Assembly (NCBI GenBank): GCA_903813345.2
Contig: CAIIXF020000001.1
Span: 2,728,001-2,792,000 of the forward strand
Origin: Owenia fusiformis
Taxonomy: Eukaryota
DNA: 64,000 nt
Reading direction: 5' to 3'
Shown one piece after another: positions 1 to 11,630 of this stretch. The translations under genes and the position numbers were made by a program. Under the pieces are notes generated by a model. The model worked only from the letters and a program-made list of their open reading frames with translations. It was not told where the DNA came from and did no database searches. How positions within the stretch are numbered: the first letter of the stretch is position 1; every line of letters begins with the position of its first letter.

Positions 1-3000
1 AGTTTCTAGGACAGCAACATGTTTTCTGAAAGCATGCTCCTCCGTTGAGACATACACCTCTGTCAGGGCATTCTCTATCAGAACTAGGCGGGGTCTCCTT
101 TACTGTGCAGTTAGCTTCTGGTCTCATCCAGCCATCAAGGCACACCTTATTGCCTGTCTGACAATCACATGTGAAGTGACCATCACAATCATTCTGAGGA
201 AGACAATAACGTTCGCAACGTTGACCATAATAATTAGGTGGACATCTTTGTACGTATCTCTCACAGTTCGTTCCTTCAAAGTTCTGGCAACAGCTACATG
301 TATAGCCTCCTATTCGTGGTGTACATGTTCCACCATTAAGACAGGGTTGACTTGCGCAATAATCAATAAACGTTTCACATCGACGTCCAGTGTAATGTTC
401 ATCACAGCAACAATTACCTTTATAGCATCTACCATACAAACAAGGAGAGTCTCTTGGGCAATCGGGGTCAGCTGGTGGAGGGATGGTCTTTATTTTACAA
501 TCCACATCGGGGTTGGTGTACCCCGGCAAGCACTCCTTGGCTCCAGTGAATGGGTTACAGGTATAATGACCTCTCTCACAATCATCGGCTGCAAGACAGT
601 ACACATTGCAAGCCGGTGGGTTGTAGTAATTTGGTGGACATTGCGGATCATATGTTTCGCAATGAGTACCAGTGTAGTCCCTCAAGCAGATGCATGTGTA
701 CCCACCGACCGTTGGACTACATGTACCTCCATTTTGACAAGGTCGGCTTACGCAATAGTCTATAAATGTTCCACATCTTGCACCAGTGTAATGTGTATTG
801 CAGCAACACGTTCGTCTATAGCATCTCCCATAAATACATGGAGAGTCAGTTGGGCAATCTGGATCATTTGGTGGAGGGAGTGTTTTTACTTTGCAGTCAT
901 TTTCAGGAACTGCATATCCAGGAAGACAAACCTTCGCCCCTGTGTTTGGATCACATGTATAATGGCCTCTGTCACAATCATCTGCAGCAAGACAGTAAAC
1001 ATTGCAAGCTGGTGGGTTGTAGTAATTGGGAGGACATTGCGGATCATATGTTTCACACCATCTCCCTGTGTAGTCTCTTGGACATGTACACGTAAACCCT
1101 CCAACAGTGGGATTGCAAGTCCCACCATTTTGGCATGGACGACTGACACAATAATCTATAAATGTTTCACATCTAACTCCAGTGTAATGTTCATTACAGC
1201 AACATGCTCGTCTGTAGCATCTTCCATAAACACATGGAGAGTCAGTTGGACAATCTGGATCAGTTGGTGGAGGGATTGTTTTTACTTTACAATCATTTTC
1301 AGGAACTGCATACCCAGGTAGACAAACCTTCGCTCCTGTGTTTGGATCACATGTATAATGGCCTCTGTCACAATCATCTGCAGCAAAACAGTACACATTA
1401 CACGCTGGTGGGTTGTAGTAATTGGGAGGACATTGCGGATCATATGTTTCACAATGTGTACCCGTGTAGTCCCTTAAGCAAGTGCATGTGTATCCACCTA
1501 CCATTGGATTACACGTACCTCCATTTTGACAAGGCTGACTTACACAATAGTCAATAAATGTTTCACATCTTACACCAGTGTAATGTTCATTACAGCAACA
1601 CGACTGTCTGTAGCATCTTCCATAAACACATGGAGAGTCAGTTGGGCAATCTGGATCAGTTGGTGGAGGAATAGTTTTGAGTTTACAATCATTTTCAGGT
1701 ACTGCATATCCAGGTAAACAAACCTTGGCTCCTGTGTTTGGGTCGCAAGTATAATGGCCTCTATCACAATCATCTGCGGCAAGACAGTATACATTGCAAG
1801 CAGGTGGATTGTAGTAATTTGGGGGACATTGCGGGTCATATGTTTCACAATGAGTGCCTGTGTAGTCCCTCAAACATGTACATGTGTAACCACCAACGAT
1901 AGGGTTGCACGTTCCGCCATTTAAACATGGTTGACTTGTACAGTAGTTGATGAACGTTTCACATCTAGTGCCAGTGTAGTGCTCGTTGCAACAACATCCA
2001 CGTCTGTAGCATCTTCCATATAGACACGGCGAGTCAGTTGGACAATCTGGATCCGACGGAGGTGGAAGAGTTTTGAGTTTACAATCGTTTTCAGGCACAG
2101 CATATCCAGGTAAACAAACCTTCGCTCCCGTGTTGGGATCACAAGTATAATGCCCTCTATCACAGTCATCTGCAGCAAGGCAGTACACATTGCAAGCTGG
2201 TGGGTTGTAGTAATTTGGAGGACATTGCGGATCATATGTTTCACAATGTGTACCAGTGTAGTCCCTCAAACATATGCATGTGTAACCACCTACCATTGGA
2301 TTACACGTGCCTCCATTCAAACAAGGTTGGCTGACACAATAGTCTATAAAGGTCTCGCATCTTACACCAGTGTAATGTTCATTACAGCAACACGCTCGTC
2401 TGTAGCATCTTCCATAAACACAAGGAGAGTCAGTTGGACAATCTGGATCATTCGGTGGAGGTAGTGTTTTTACTTTGCAGTCATTTTCAGGTACTGCATA
2501 TCCAGGTAGACAAACCTTCGCCCCTGTGTTTGGATCACATGTATAATGCCCTCTATCACAATCATCTGCGGCAAGACAGTACACATTACATGCAGGGGGA
2601 TTGTAATAATTTGGAGGACATTGTGGATCATATGTTTCGCAATGAGTACCAGTATAGTCCCTCAAGCAAGTGCATGTATACCCACCTACCATTGGATTAC
2701 ATGTGCCTCCATTTTGACAAGGTCGGCTTACGCAATAGTCAATAAATGTTTCACATCTTACACCAGTGTAATGTTCATTACAGCAACATGCTCGTCTGTA
2801 GCATCTTCCATAAACACAAGGAGTATCAGTTGGGCAATCTGGATCAGTTGGCGGGGGAACTGTTTTGAGTTTACAATCATTTTCAGGAACTGCATACCCT
2901 GGAAGACAAACCTTCGCCCCCGTGTTTGGATCACATGTATAATGCCCCCTATCACAATCATCTGCTGCAAGGCAGTACACGTTGCAAGCAGGTGGATTGT

Positions 3001-6000
3001 AATAATTCGGAGGACACTGGGGATCATATGTTTCACACCATCTCCCTGTGTAGTCTCTTGGACATGTACATGTAAACCCTCCAACAATGGGATTGCAAGT
3101 TCCACCATTTTGGCATGGACGACTGACGCAATAATCTATAAAGGTTTCACATCTAACACCTGTGTAATGTTCATTACAGCAACATGCCCGTCTGTAGCAC
3201 CTTCCATAAATACATGGAGAATCAGTTGGACAATCTGGATCCGATGGAGGTGGAAGAGTTTTGATTTTACAATCGTTTTCAGGTATAGCATACCCAGGTA
3301 GGCAAACTTTCGCTCCTGTGTTGGGATCACATGTATAATGGCCTCTGTCACAATCATCCGCAGCAAGACAGTAAACATTGCAAGCAGGTGGATTGTAGTA
3401 ATTTGGAGGGCATTGCGGATCATATGTTTCGCAATGAGTACCAGTGTAGTCCCTCAAGCAAGTGCATGTGTACCCACCTACCATTGGATTACATGTGCCT
3501 CCATTTTGACAAGGTCGGCTTACGCAATAGTCAATAAATGTTTCACATCTTCGACCAGTGTAATGTTCATTGCAGCAACACGACTGTCTGTAGCATCTTC
3601 CATAAACACAAGGAGAGTCAGTTGGGCAATCTGGATCATTTGGTGGAGGAATTGTTTTGAGTTTACAATCATTTTCTGGAACTGCATATCCAGGAAGACA
3701 CACCTTTGCCCCTGTGTTGGGATCACATGTATAATGCCCTCTATCACAATCATCTGCTGCAAGACAATACACATTGCAAGCAGGTGGATTGTAATAATTT
3801 GGAGGACATTGCGGATCATATGTTTCACAATGTGTACCCGTGTAGTCCCTCAAGCAAGTGCATGTGTACCCACCTACAAGTGGATTGCACGTGCCTCCAT
3901 TCAAACAAGGTTGGCTGACACAATAGTCTATAAAAGTCTCGCATCTTACACCAGTGTAATGTTCATTACAACAACACCCTCGTCTGTAGCATCTTCCATA
4001 AACACATGGAGAGTCAATTGGGCAATCTGGATCATTTGGTGGAGGGAGTGTTTTTACTTTGCAGTCATTTTCAGGCACTGCATATCCAGGAAGACAAACC
4101 TTCGCTCCTGTGTTGGGATCACATGTATAATGGCCTCTGTCACAATCATCCGCAGCAAGACAGTAAACATTGCAAGCAGGGGGATTGTAATAATTTGGAG
4201 GACATTGTGGAGCATATGTTTCGCAATGAGTACCAGTGTAGTCCCTCAAACATATGCATGTGTAACCACCGACCATTGGATTGCACGTGCCTCCATTCAA
4301 ACAAGGTTGGCTGATACAATAGTCTATAAAAGTCTCGCATCTCACACCAGTGTAATGTTCATTACAGCAACACGCTCGTCTGTAGCATCTCCCATAGACG
4401 CAGGGAGAATCAATCGGGCAATCTGGATCATTTGGTGGAGGTAGTGTTTTTATTTTACAATCGTTTTCAGGTACAGCATATCCAGGTAAACAAACCTTCG
4501 CCCCTGTGTTTGGATCACAAGTATAATGCCCTCTATCACAATCATCCGCGGCAAGACAGTACACATTGCAAGCAGGTGGATTGTAGTAATTTGGAGGGCA
4601 TTGCGGATTATATGTTTCACACCATCTTCCTGTGTAGTCTCTTGGACATGTACACGTAAACCCTCCAACAATGGGATTGCAAGTTCCACCATTTTGGCAT
4701 GGACGACTGACGCAGTAATCAATAAATGTTTCACATCTAACACCCGTGTAATGTTCATTACAACAACACGACCGTCTCCAGCATCTTCCATAAACACAGG
4801 GAGAGTCAATTGGGCAGTCTGGATCATTTGGTGGAGGGAGTGTTTTTATTTTACAATCATTTTCAGGAACTGCATATCCAGGAAGACATACCTTTGCTCC
4901 TGTGTTGGGATCACATGTATAATGGCCTCTTTCACAATCGTCTGCCGCAAGACAGAACACGTTGCAAGCTGGAGGATTATAGTAATTTGGAGGGCATCTC
5001 GGAATTTCTGTCTCACAGTTCAGACCGGTGTGAGTTGGTGGACAGATGCACTGGTAACTGTCTATCAGATCTCTACATGTTCCCCCATTTCTGCAAGGCT
5101 GACTATCACACACCAATATTCTACAGTCGCAAAGTCTTCCGGTCCAACCACTTTCGCAACAGCACCTTCCAGCAAAGCAGCTTCCTCTTTGACAAACGCC
5201 ATCTCTTGGGCATTCTGGGTCATTAGGTTTTGGTATGATCTTTACCTTGCAGTCTAAGTCAGGTCTAGTCCATCCACTACGGCAAATTTTAGCTCCGCTT
5301 GAAGGATCACATGTGTAAAAGCCACTAATGCAATCGTTCCTTTCCATGCAATATACACTACATCCCGGACCATAATAGTTTGGAGGACATCTGTTGATAG
5401 GTATCTCACAGTTTGTACCGGTCCAGTCGGGCTGACAAAAGCATTGGTATCTGTTGCCAACATTTGTGTTTCGACATACTCCACCATTTAGACAAGGATT
5501 ACCACCGGAACAACCAAGAATGATTTCTTCACAATACATTCCAGTCCAGCCCGGGTTGCACACACATCGTTGGTTCACACATGTACCATTTATACAATCA
5601 CCACTTATAGGACAGTTCTGCTTTATAGGAACCTGAACAGTACAGTTTGTTTCCGGTTCCGCAAAGCCATTTCGACATACCTTTTCTCCGGTGATTGGAT
5701 GACATAGGTAGTGACCTAACTTCTTGTCATCGACAGGTTTGCAGTAAACTTCGCATGATGGTCCGAAATGGTGCTTCTCGCAGTTTGGAATCCACTCGGC
5801 TGGTGACAATTGATCCCCAACAGCATCGATAACATCGGGGACGTCGAAGCCCATATCAACATCCGGGGATTCCACCACACCGGCATTTGCCTATTAAAAA
5901 TAACTTGGTTGAAATTTCATAATCGCATATTCCCCTTTCAATAACATCAATTTGCAAGAATTGTATTGGAACGGTCTCAGAAAAAAGTTTTGGTGATGTA

Positions 6001-6312
6001 CGTTAAATTGTCAAATAACTTTCAAGTTTTGTTTTTTCAAGTACATGATTCATAATTGATTAGAATGCGTATGATAAATGTGCACGTTCTGTTTTTCTAT
6101 TTGTTTTTCTGTTTGATAACAGTAAAATTACTTTTGCATTTAATTAGAAACAATGTACTAGCATAAACAATAAAAGAAATAATATTTTTAAATAGACAAT
6201 ATAGTCTTGTTACTATCAATATAGGCCCCTTAATGGAGTCCTTAATCAATTTCTTCAATATCAAACTTACAGTTACTGCAATGAGGCATAGTAGAAACAC
6301 CGTGGACAACAT
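1..6312 (-). CDS. Multi-DSL/EGF repeat protein (Delta-like), secretory pathway; 3' end lies outside the window
   Basis: Exon 1 6312-6271 (ATG...MLSTVFLLCLIAVT|GTAAGT) splices in phase 0 to an acceptor (tttttaatAG) at 5890, completing the signal peptide MLSTVFLLCLIAVTANA. Exon 2 stays in the same frame from 5890 to position 1 (about 1963 codons; absent from the ORF track, as expected if no stop is reached). DSL1 reads CEKHHFGPSCEVYCKPVDDKKLGHYLCHPITGEKVCRNGFAEPETNC, followed by EGFs such as CVSRPCQNGGTCNPIVGGFTCTCPRDYTGRWCE. DSL starts fall near 5780, 5390, 4995 and then every 396 bp down to ~243, giving 15. Confidence 0.9.
240..5000 (-). repeat. Coding tandem repeat, 396-bp (132-codon) unit = DSL+EGF+EGF
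   Basis: The anchor ggaggacattgcggatcatatgtttc (and variants) recurs at ~633, 1029, 1425, 1821, 2217, 2613, 3009, 3405, 3801, 4197, 4593 and 4989, an exact 396-bp spacing. Confidence 0.95.
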
Positions 6313-7689
6313 CGTCCTTTTAGCCACAAGGGTCGATCTCCGAAACCCGAAAAGTCTCACCATAGGTTTATATGGTTTTCAGTATCCGTTTCTCCGAATT
6401 ATAAAAACGAACGTCGATGTTTCCACAAGCTAAACCAATTCGAAATGTGATGAAAATAATTTCGAATTTGTTTTATAAAATACTTATTTAGAAACAGGTG
6501 GAGTCAAAAGATACAAGTATCTAACTTATCCAAAAAACGGAGATCATAGGGAATCATTTTGAGCTGTAGTGGTAGGCTACTTCAAGTTCTAGTACGGGAT
6601 ATGGGTGTTCTAGAACATCGCCTGATTTGTAAATAAACCGAACTGATAATTTCAGTCCATCAATTGGAACTACTCTCTTGAAGTGTCAAAGTGAGGGGTT
6701 GGGCAGATGAGTAATAACGTATCATTTTCCACCCCCGGTCAGTTAATATTGAACGCTTGTGAGTTTCTGAGTTGGGCGTGTCGATTTCATTCAACAGAAT
6801 TGCTATTCTTGGTATCATAAACATGGGCGAAACCAGGCATGTGGAGGGCGAGGCAAATGCCAAAATTATGTTAAACATAATATGTTGGAAGCACCTAAAA
6901 CTGTAAATGCAGTCCAAAAGTAGAAAAGTTGGTAAATTCGCCTAGATTTACATTTGCCTCACCTAATCTGATATATTAGCTACACCCCTAATGAATTACT
7001 ATTATGACCCCCGGAATTGTTGTCCACCCCTTGTCTTTTCAGTAGGTGTAAACGAGGATCTTATTACAACTATTTTCCACGCACCTTCATACTCACTCGG
7101 GCAAATAAAAGCCAGTAAGGTGAAAATAATTCATATGGGACCACAATTTTACGCGATTCCCTTGTGCGTTCTTCAAAGAATTGATTAACTGCCTAAGTAT
7201 GTGCGCGTGTAATATCAAGCGCGTAACCAGGCATACGCGAGGGTACGCAACTTTCGTCCTCTGAATGATTAGTGCCCCATTACACAGTCTGACATCGCTC
7301 AGAACGCACCATGGATGTATTGGCAAGTTGAAATCATGATTATCATTTCATCGCATTGTTAATTTCTGTAAGCGACTTTAAACAGATTATTTCTATTTTC
7401 AAATCAACAATTTGAAAATAGTTGAAAACAATCGAACCACGAGTAAGAGAAATTTACATTGATTGATTTGAATATGTAAGTATTTGTAGCCAATGTACGT
7501 TGAAGTAGCCTACGCAGAACAACACTCAGTCCATTTTACCCCATGGAGTGACATCGAGTCCCATGGGACCAAGTATTCTATTAGCCCCACTAGGTTACTG
7601 CAATTTTAAATCTATGAACAGAAGGTCCCATCGTGTGGTAACTGAGAACAAGTCATGTCAACAGCTGCAAATGATTACTAAAAGTGTAA

Positions 7690-7810
7690 CAGTTACACCT
7701 GAAGGTCAATCAAAGGTCAAATCTCAATTCTAAAGTCAGATTTGAACTTCTGAGAACTTATAGATGATATCGCAATTTGGAAACAGACCTTTTTGACCTT
7801 CGATATGTTG
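7690..7810 (-). repeat. Isolated copy of the satellite unit found in the Helentron-like element at 15973-17137
   Basis: aaggtcaaatctcaattctaaagtcagatttgaacttctgagaac is the reverse complement of the ttctcagaagttcaaatctgactttagatttgacatttgacctt unit at 16.1-17.1 kb. Confidence 0.7.
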
Positions 7811-8622
7811 CCATGGTAAAAGATTTTGGCAGAAATTGAAATATGTTGGAACCCATTATTATCATGTTGACAGTAAAAACTTGGAAGTCAATCTAAACAG
7901 TACTTTTCAAATTATTTGAAGTTGTAAGAATTCCGCGTAACGTACGCCAACCGCCAAACACAATTGACTTAGCATGGAATTGCAATTGACATTAATCGAT
8001 AGATATAAAGGATTAAAGTCAATTGCATCCCCATGTTAAGTCAATGGCACCCTTGTTGAAATCCTCATTTTCTCTGAACTCAAATTGAGTCCCAATAAGT
8101 ACGATTCATTTGTGAGAGTATTGCTAGAATCTTCTTTTTTCTTTTTTTTCAAATAAACATCAACGATGTATTGCTACAAACAGAAAAGGGGACTAGGCCC
8201 CTACTACTGGTGTATGGCTTCGTAGGGAATCAAGTGAGTGTCCTTCACTGTGTCATCAGCAGGCGTCTCAGATCGTCACATTTCGCCCCTTAGCCTGTAT
8301 GCATAATCTGAGTGGGGCAGCGATGGTTTGGTTTTAAACATCGCTCGCTGAAGGACATCACTTGTCATTCCTCTTCAGCCAGAGTCGCCGTCAACTGGAC
8401 TCTGCCACAGCTTGCTGACTCTGACTCTGCTGACTTCAGCTTGTATGGTGTTAGTCCTAGCTGAGATAGAGGGTAGCGCAGAGAGGAGGCTGCGAACCCC
8501 CTACATCCCACTTAGGTACTGCACTGCATGCCATCATGGCCTCGTCTACCAGATCTTGGTATTTGGTATATGACCATTTTCAATGGTAAGAATAAGGGAC
8601 ATTTAAGGACATTAAAGCTTAA

Positions 8623-8993
8623 AGGTGCAACAATTAGTGCAGAGGGGCCATTCAACGATCATGGACCAGTGTCAAAATATATTCAAGTTTGGATATTTCA
8701 TCAATTGCAAGACTAACATAAATTTTTATTATCTCGAAAGAAACCCCCTGGAAAATCATTATTTCAGCTGTTATTCCTCTTGAAACGTGATGGATCTTAA
8801 CAAATCTATACGTGACATGTATACCATTTATAGAAGCTTTGAACTGAATTTACACTTTGTAATGCTAAAATTGATAGTTTATCCATACAATTTAAGAAAA
8901 AAGGTCAAAGAAGATGATAAGCCAAATGTTGCCCTGATAGCTCAGAAAAAGTAAAGATTTTCGAATTTTCTCTCTACACGCCTCGTTGCCCCT
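8623..8993. mobile_element. Non-autonomous TTAA-flanked DNA element (Kolobok-like MITE)
   Basis: TTAA|AGGTGCAACAATTAGTGCAGAG ... CTCTACACGCCTCGTTGCCCCT|TTAA: imperfect TIRs with AGG termini and a TTAA target duplication. Confidence 0.55.
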
Positions 8994-9829
8994 TTAACCA
9001 AGGCCTTTTTGAAAATTTAGGTTTTTAGTACTTATTTCCAAATGCGGACTTTTGGTTCAATGTAACACATGTAAATAGTTTAATTCATGTATGTGTATGA
9101 TAACATATCAAGTGGTCATTTTCTGCATACCAACGTCGCACTTTACTTCCCCTTGACGTGTGGCCTCTGTGTTGATTGAAATATTCAAAAGCAACTAAGC
9201 TAAACAAATATTTATTTGAACCTAATCGTTGCTGTTTAGTTCATTTCTTTGTTATTACCTCTAAGCACACCAACTGTAGAATCTTGTGTCCTCTTTGTGA
9301 AAATGTGTTATCGTAATGTTATATATAAAAGGAAAACCACTTTCTTTACACCAGTCATAAGTCAACAGCTCATTGGAGTAAAACCATTTTACCTTGGTTT
9401 AGGTAAGTAGCTGACTGAGAGAACCATATAACTAAGAAAAGCTTTTTGGTTCTAAATCAAATGTCTTGACAAGAGCAATGATGCTGATACTTGTCACTAC
9501 AATACAAATGTCATCGAAACGGGAATTTAACTTACTGTATGTAGTATTTAAAATTGAAACAAATCTATTTAGGCTAAAATAGTTTTTTCAAGAACCATTG
9601 ATGTTGCGTCGAATTTGGCTTCGAATTACTTTTACGAGGATTATGTTTTGCTCGTTTTATATTCAATTTCTCATCTATTATTTCGTACAACAATGAAGCC
9701 AAATGACCGATATAAGTAAACAGAGATCAGTATGAAGCATGACAGCATTAATTATTTGTTTTTCAGTTGATCTTATTGTGATCGCGATACTTTAAGAAAT
9801 CATTTAAATCGAAGAAACTCTTAGAGCGC

Positions 9830-11322
9830 ATGCATAGATTGGAGTTGGATTATAAAATGGGGCCACGAGATTCAAGTCCATCTCCGACCAATAGTCCAAG
9901 GCAGAGGTCGGACTCCATCAAGGAACGCATAAGGGCAAGCCAAGCAGGAATTGAGGAGCTAAGGTTGCTAAGAAATAGCCAAGAAGCTTTGTTTATGGAG
10001 GTTCGAGACAAGATAATGGCGATGGGTAGCCCAAGGAAAATGCAGTCCTTGACGGACGGAGATTTCTCCGCAAGAAGACGGGCTTATTCTGATGGCGAAA
10101 CTGCGAATCTAATTATAGCCCAGGTATTTGTATAATTCATTCATTAAGTTTAAAATCAAAATGTAAAGCAATAATGAAAACTACAAACTCGAGTCTTGCA
10201 TCACGCATTTGGATCCAGTCATCAAAATCTCCAGAAATGTGCGGTATTTAAATTAACAAAACAATCTGGCAATGTACATTACATGTTTAGCCATTTGTTC
10301 AGTTTCCTTTTAGTTTCTGTTTTTAGTTGTAAATAGTTAATTGAATTAAAAAAATCATTCGATGTTTTTAGCAGCCTGCATTCAAAAGATGACCTTCAAA
10401 ACTTAGGGGCTTAGCAAATATTTGAATACTGAATTCATATAGTTAACAATAACCATCCCCGGGGCGCCCAAGACTGGCAATTAAATATTGATTTGCAATA
10501 ACAAGTCGAAATATTCTTTTGTAGAAAGCGGCACTGAAAAATCTCAAAAACAAACAGAATATCGAGCCCAAGAATGCTTGGGCCTCAACGCCAAGAAGAC
10601 GTTCAGCGAGTGTAACAAACACGACATATCAACGTAACAAGCATGAGACACTCTATTCTCCAAACAGGAAGTTACAATTCGAGTACCCAAGCCCTATGCA
10701 TGCAGTACTCCAGCAGTGGGACACTGCAGTTACAGGTGATGGAGACCCCAGCCCTGATGCTGAAAAATCAGACGTTCGCAAATCTTCTAAAGCTACTCCC
10801 TCTCCTTGCACCTTCAAATCTAAAACTGTTCAAACATTAAGTACAAAACAATCAGAAGAATTCGATAAGAGTCATACCATGTGCACAATGCGATCTCATC
10901 CAGAGGGACAGCATCGCGATCAAAGTGCAGATTCAATGAACGATTCAGTGAATGATCTTGATTTGTCAATGTCTACATCCCCAATGACAATTGGAAGCTG
11001 TGAAATCTTAGCGGAAGTGGTTGAAGAAGCGTATCGTAAAGACATTTGTGACCATAATGAGACAGGTGTAGCTAAAAAATACCCGACACCACCAGACACA
11101 ATTCAGAACAAATCAGGGGAAGGAAAAGTTTTCGATGACACAAATGGATATAATTGTTTTAACCAAAATAGGTTGTTGTTTTACAAGAACTCTGGTACTC
11201 TAGCCAATAATTCCCTGGAAAGACTAAGGAGACTCAAGCCAAATAAAACACGTCCTGGTTCTGGTGACCGGACAATTCCAGGGATGAGCTCACTTCGAGT
11301 AGGTCCCGATGCCAACGTATAA
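9830..11322 (+). CDS. Dact/Dapper (Frodo)-like protein, 363 aa, 2 coding exons
   Basis: Exon 9830-10123 (CAG|GTATTT, phase 0) joins exon 10525-11322 (tttgtAG|AAA), in frame with ORF 10696-11322. KERIRASQAGIEELRLLRNSQEAL matches the Dact N-terminal motif (vertebrate RERxEATLAGLxELxxLRQRQELL), and FEYPSPMHAVLQQ matches the Dact YRYPSPLHAVAxQ motif. The protein ends in Val (DANV). A 5'UTR acceptor (ttttcAG) lies at ~9767. Confidence 0.72.
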
Positions 11323-11446
11323 TTTTACAAATACTTGCAATAGATGCATGTTTATATAGAGTAAATGTGTGTATTATATAGTTAATTTGTCTTGTGTATT
11401 TTATTAAGTGAACAGTAACACGCTAGTTTTACTCATTAAAGCCTTA

Positions 11447-11630
11447 GCTTGTATTTGCGAATGCAACTATAACGCCTGTCGGCTACCGGATTAACCTACT
11501 TTTTTTTACTGGAAACTCATTTAAATATGAATAGTACCTGCCACTATTCCATTTATATTTCAATGGGTTGGTCATAAAATACTAGGTTAATCCGGTAGCC
11601 GACAGTTAGTTGCATTCGCGAATAAGGTTA
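11447..11630. mobile_element. Small foldback element/MITE
   Basis: Arm gcgaatgcaacta...ctgtcggctaccggattaaccta (11457-11498) is reverse-complementary to taggttaatccggtagccgacagttagttgcattcgc (11583-11619). Confidence 0.7.

Noticed and set aside
176-5636. Long plus-strand ORFs (up to 381 aa) and short minus-strand ORFs in the track
   Set aside because: They are antisense or off-frame shadows of the DSL-EGF frame, which the track misses because it runs off the window.
8184-8515. Assignment of the structured island to 7SK, RNase MRP/P, telomerase RNA or a small ribozyme
   Set aside because: Only partial resemblances (GGATGT start, GGGGCCTAGT, CTGATGA, TAACAC/TACAAGC). The GATC pair, GAAAGTCCCC, CTAACCCT template and complete catalytic cores are missing.
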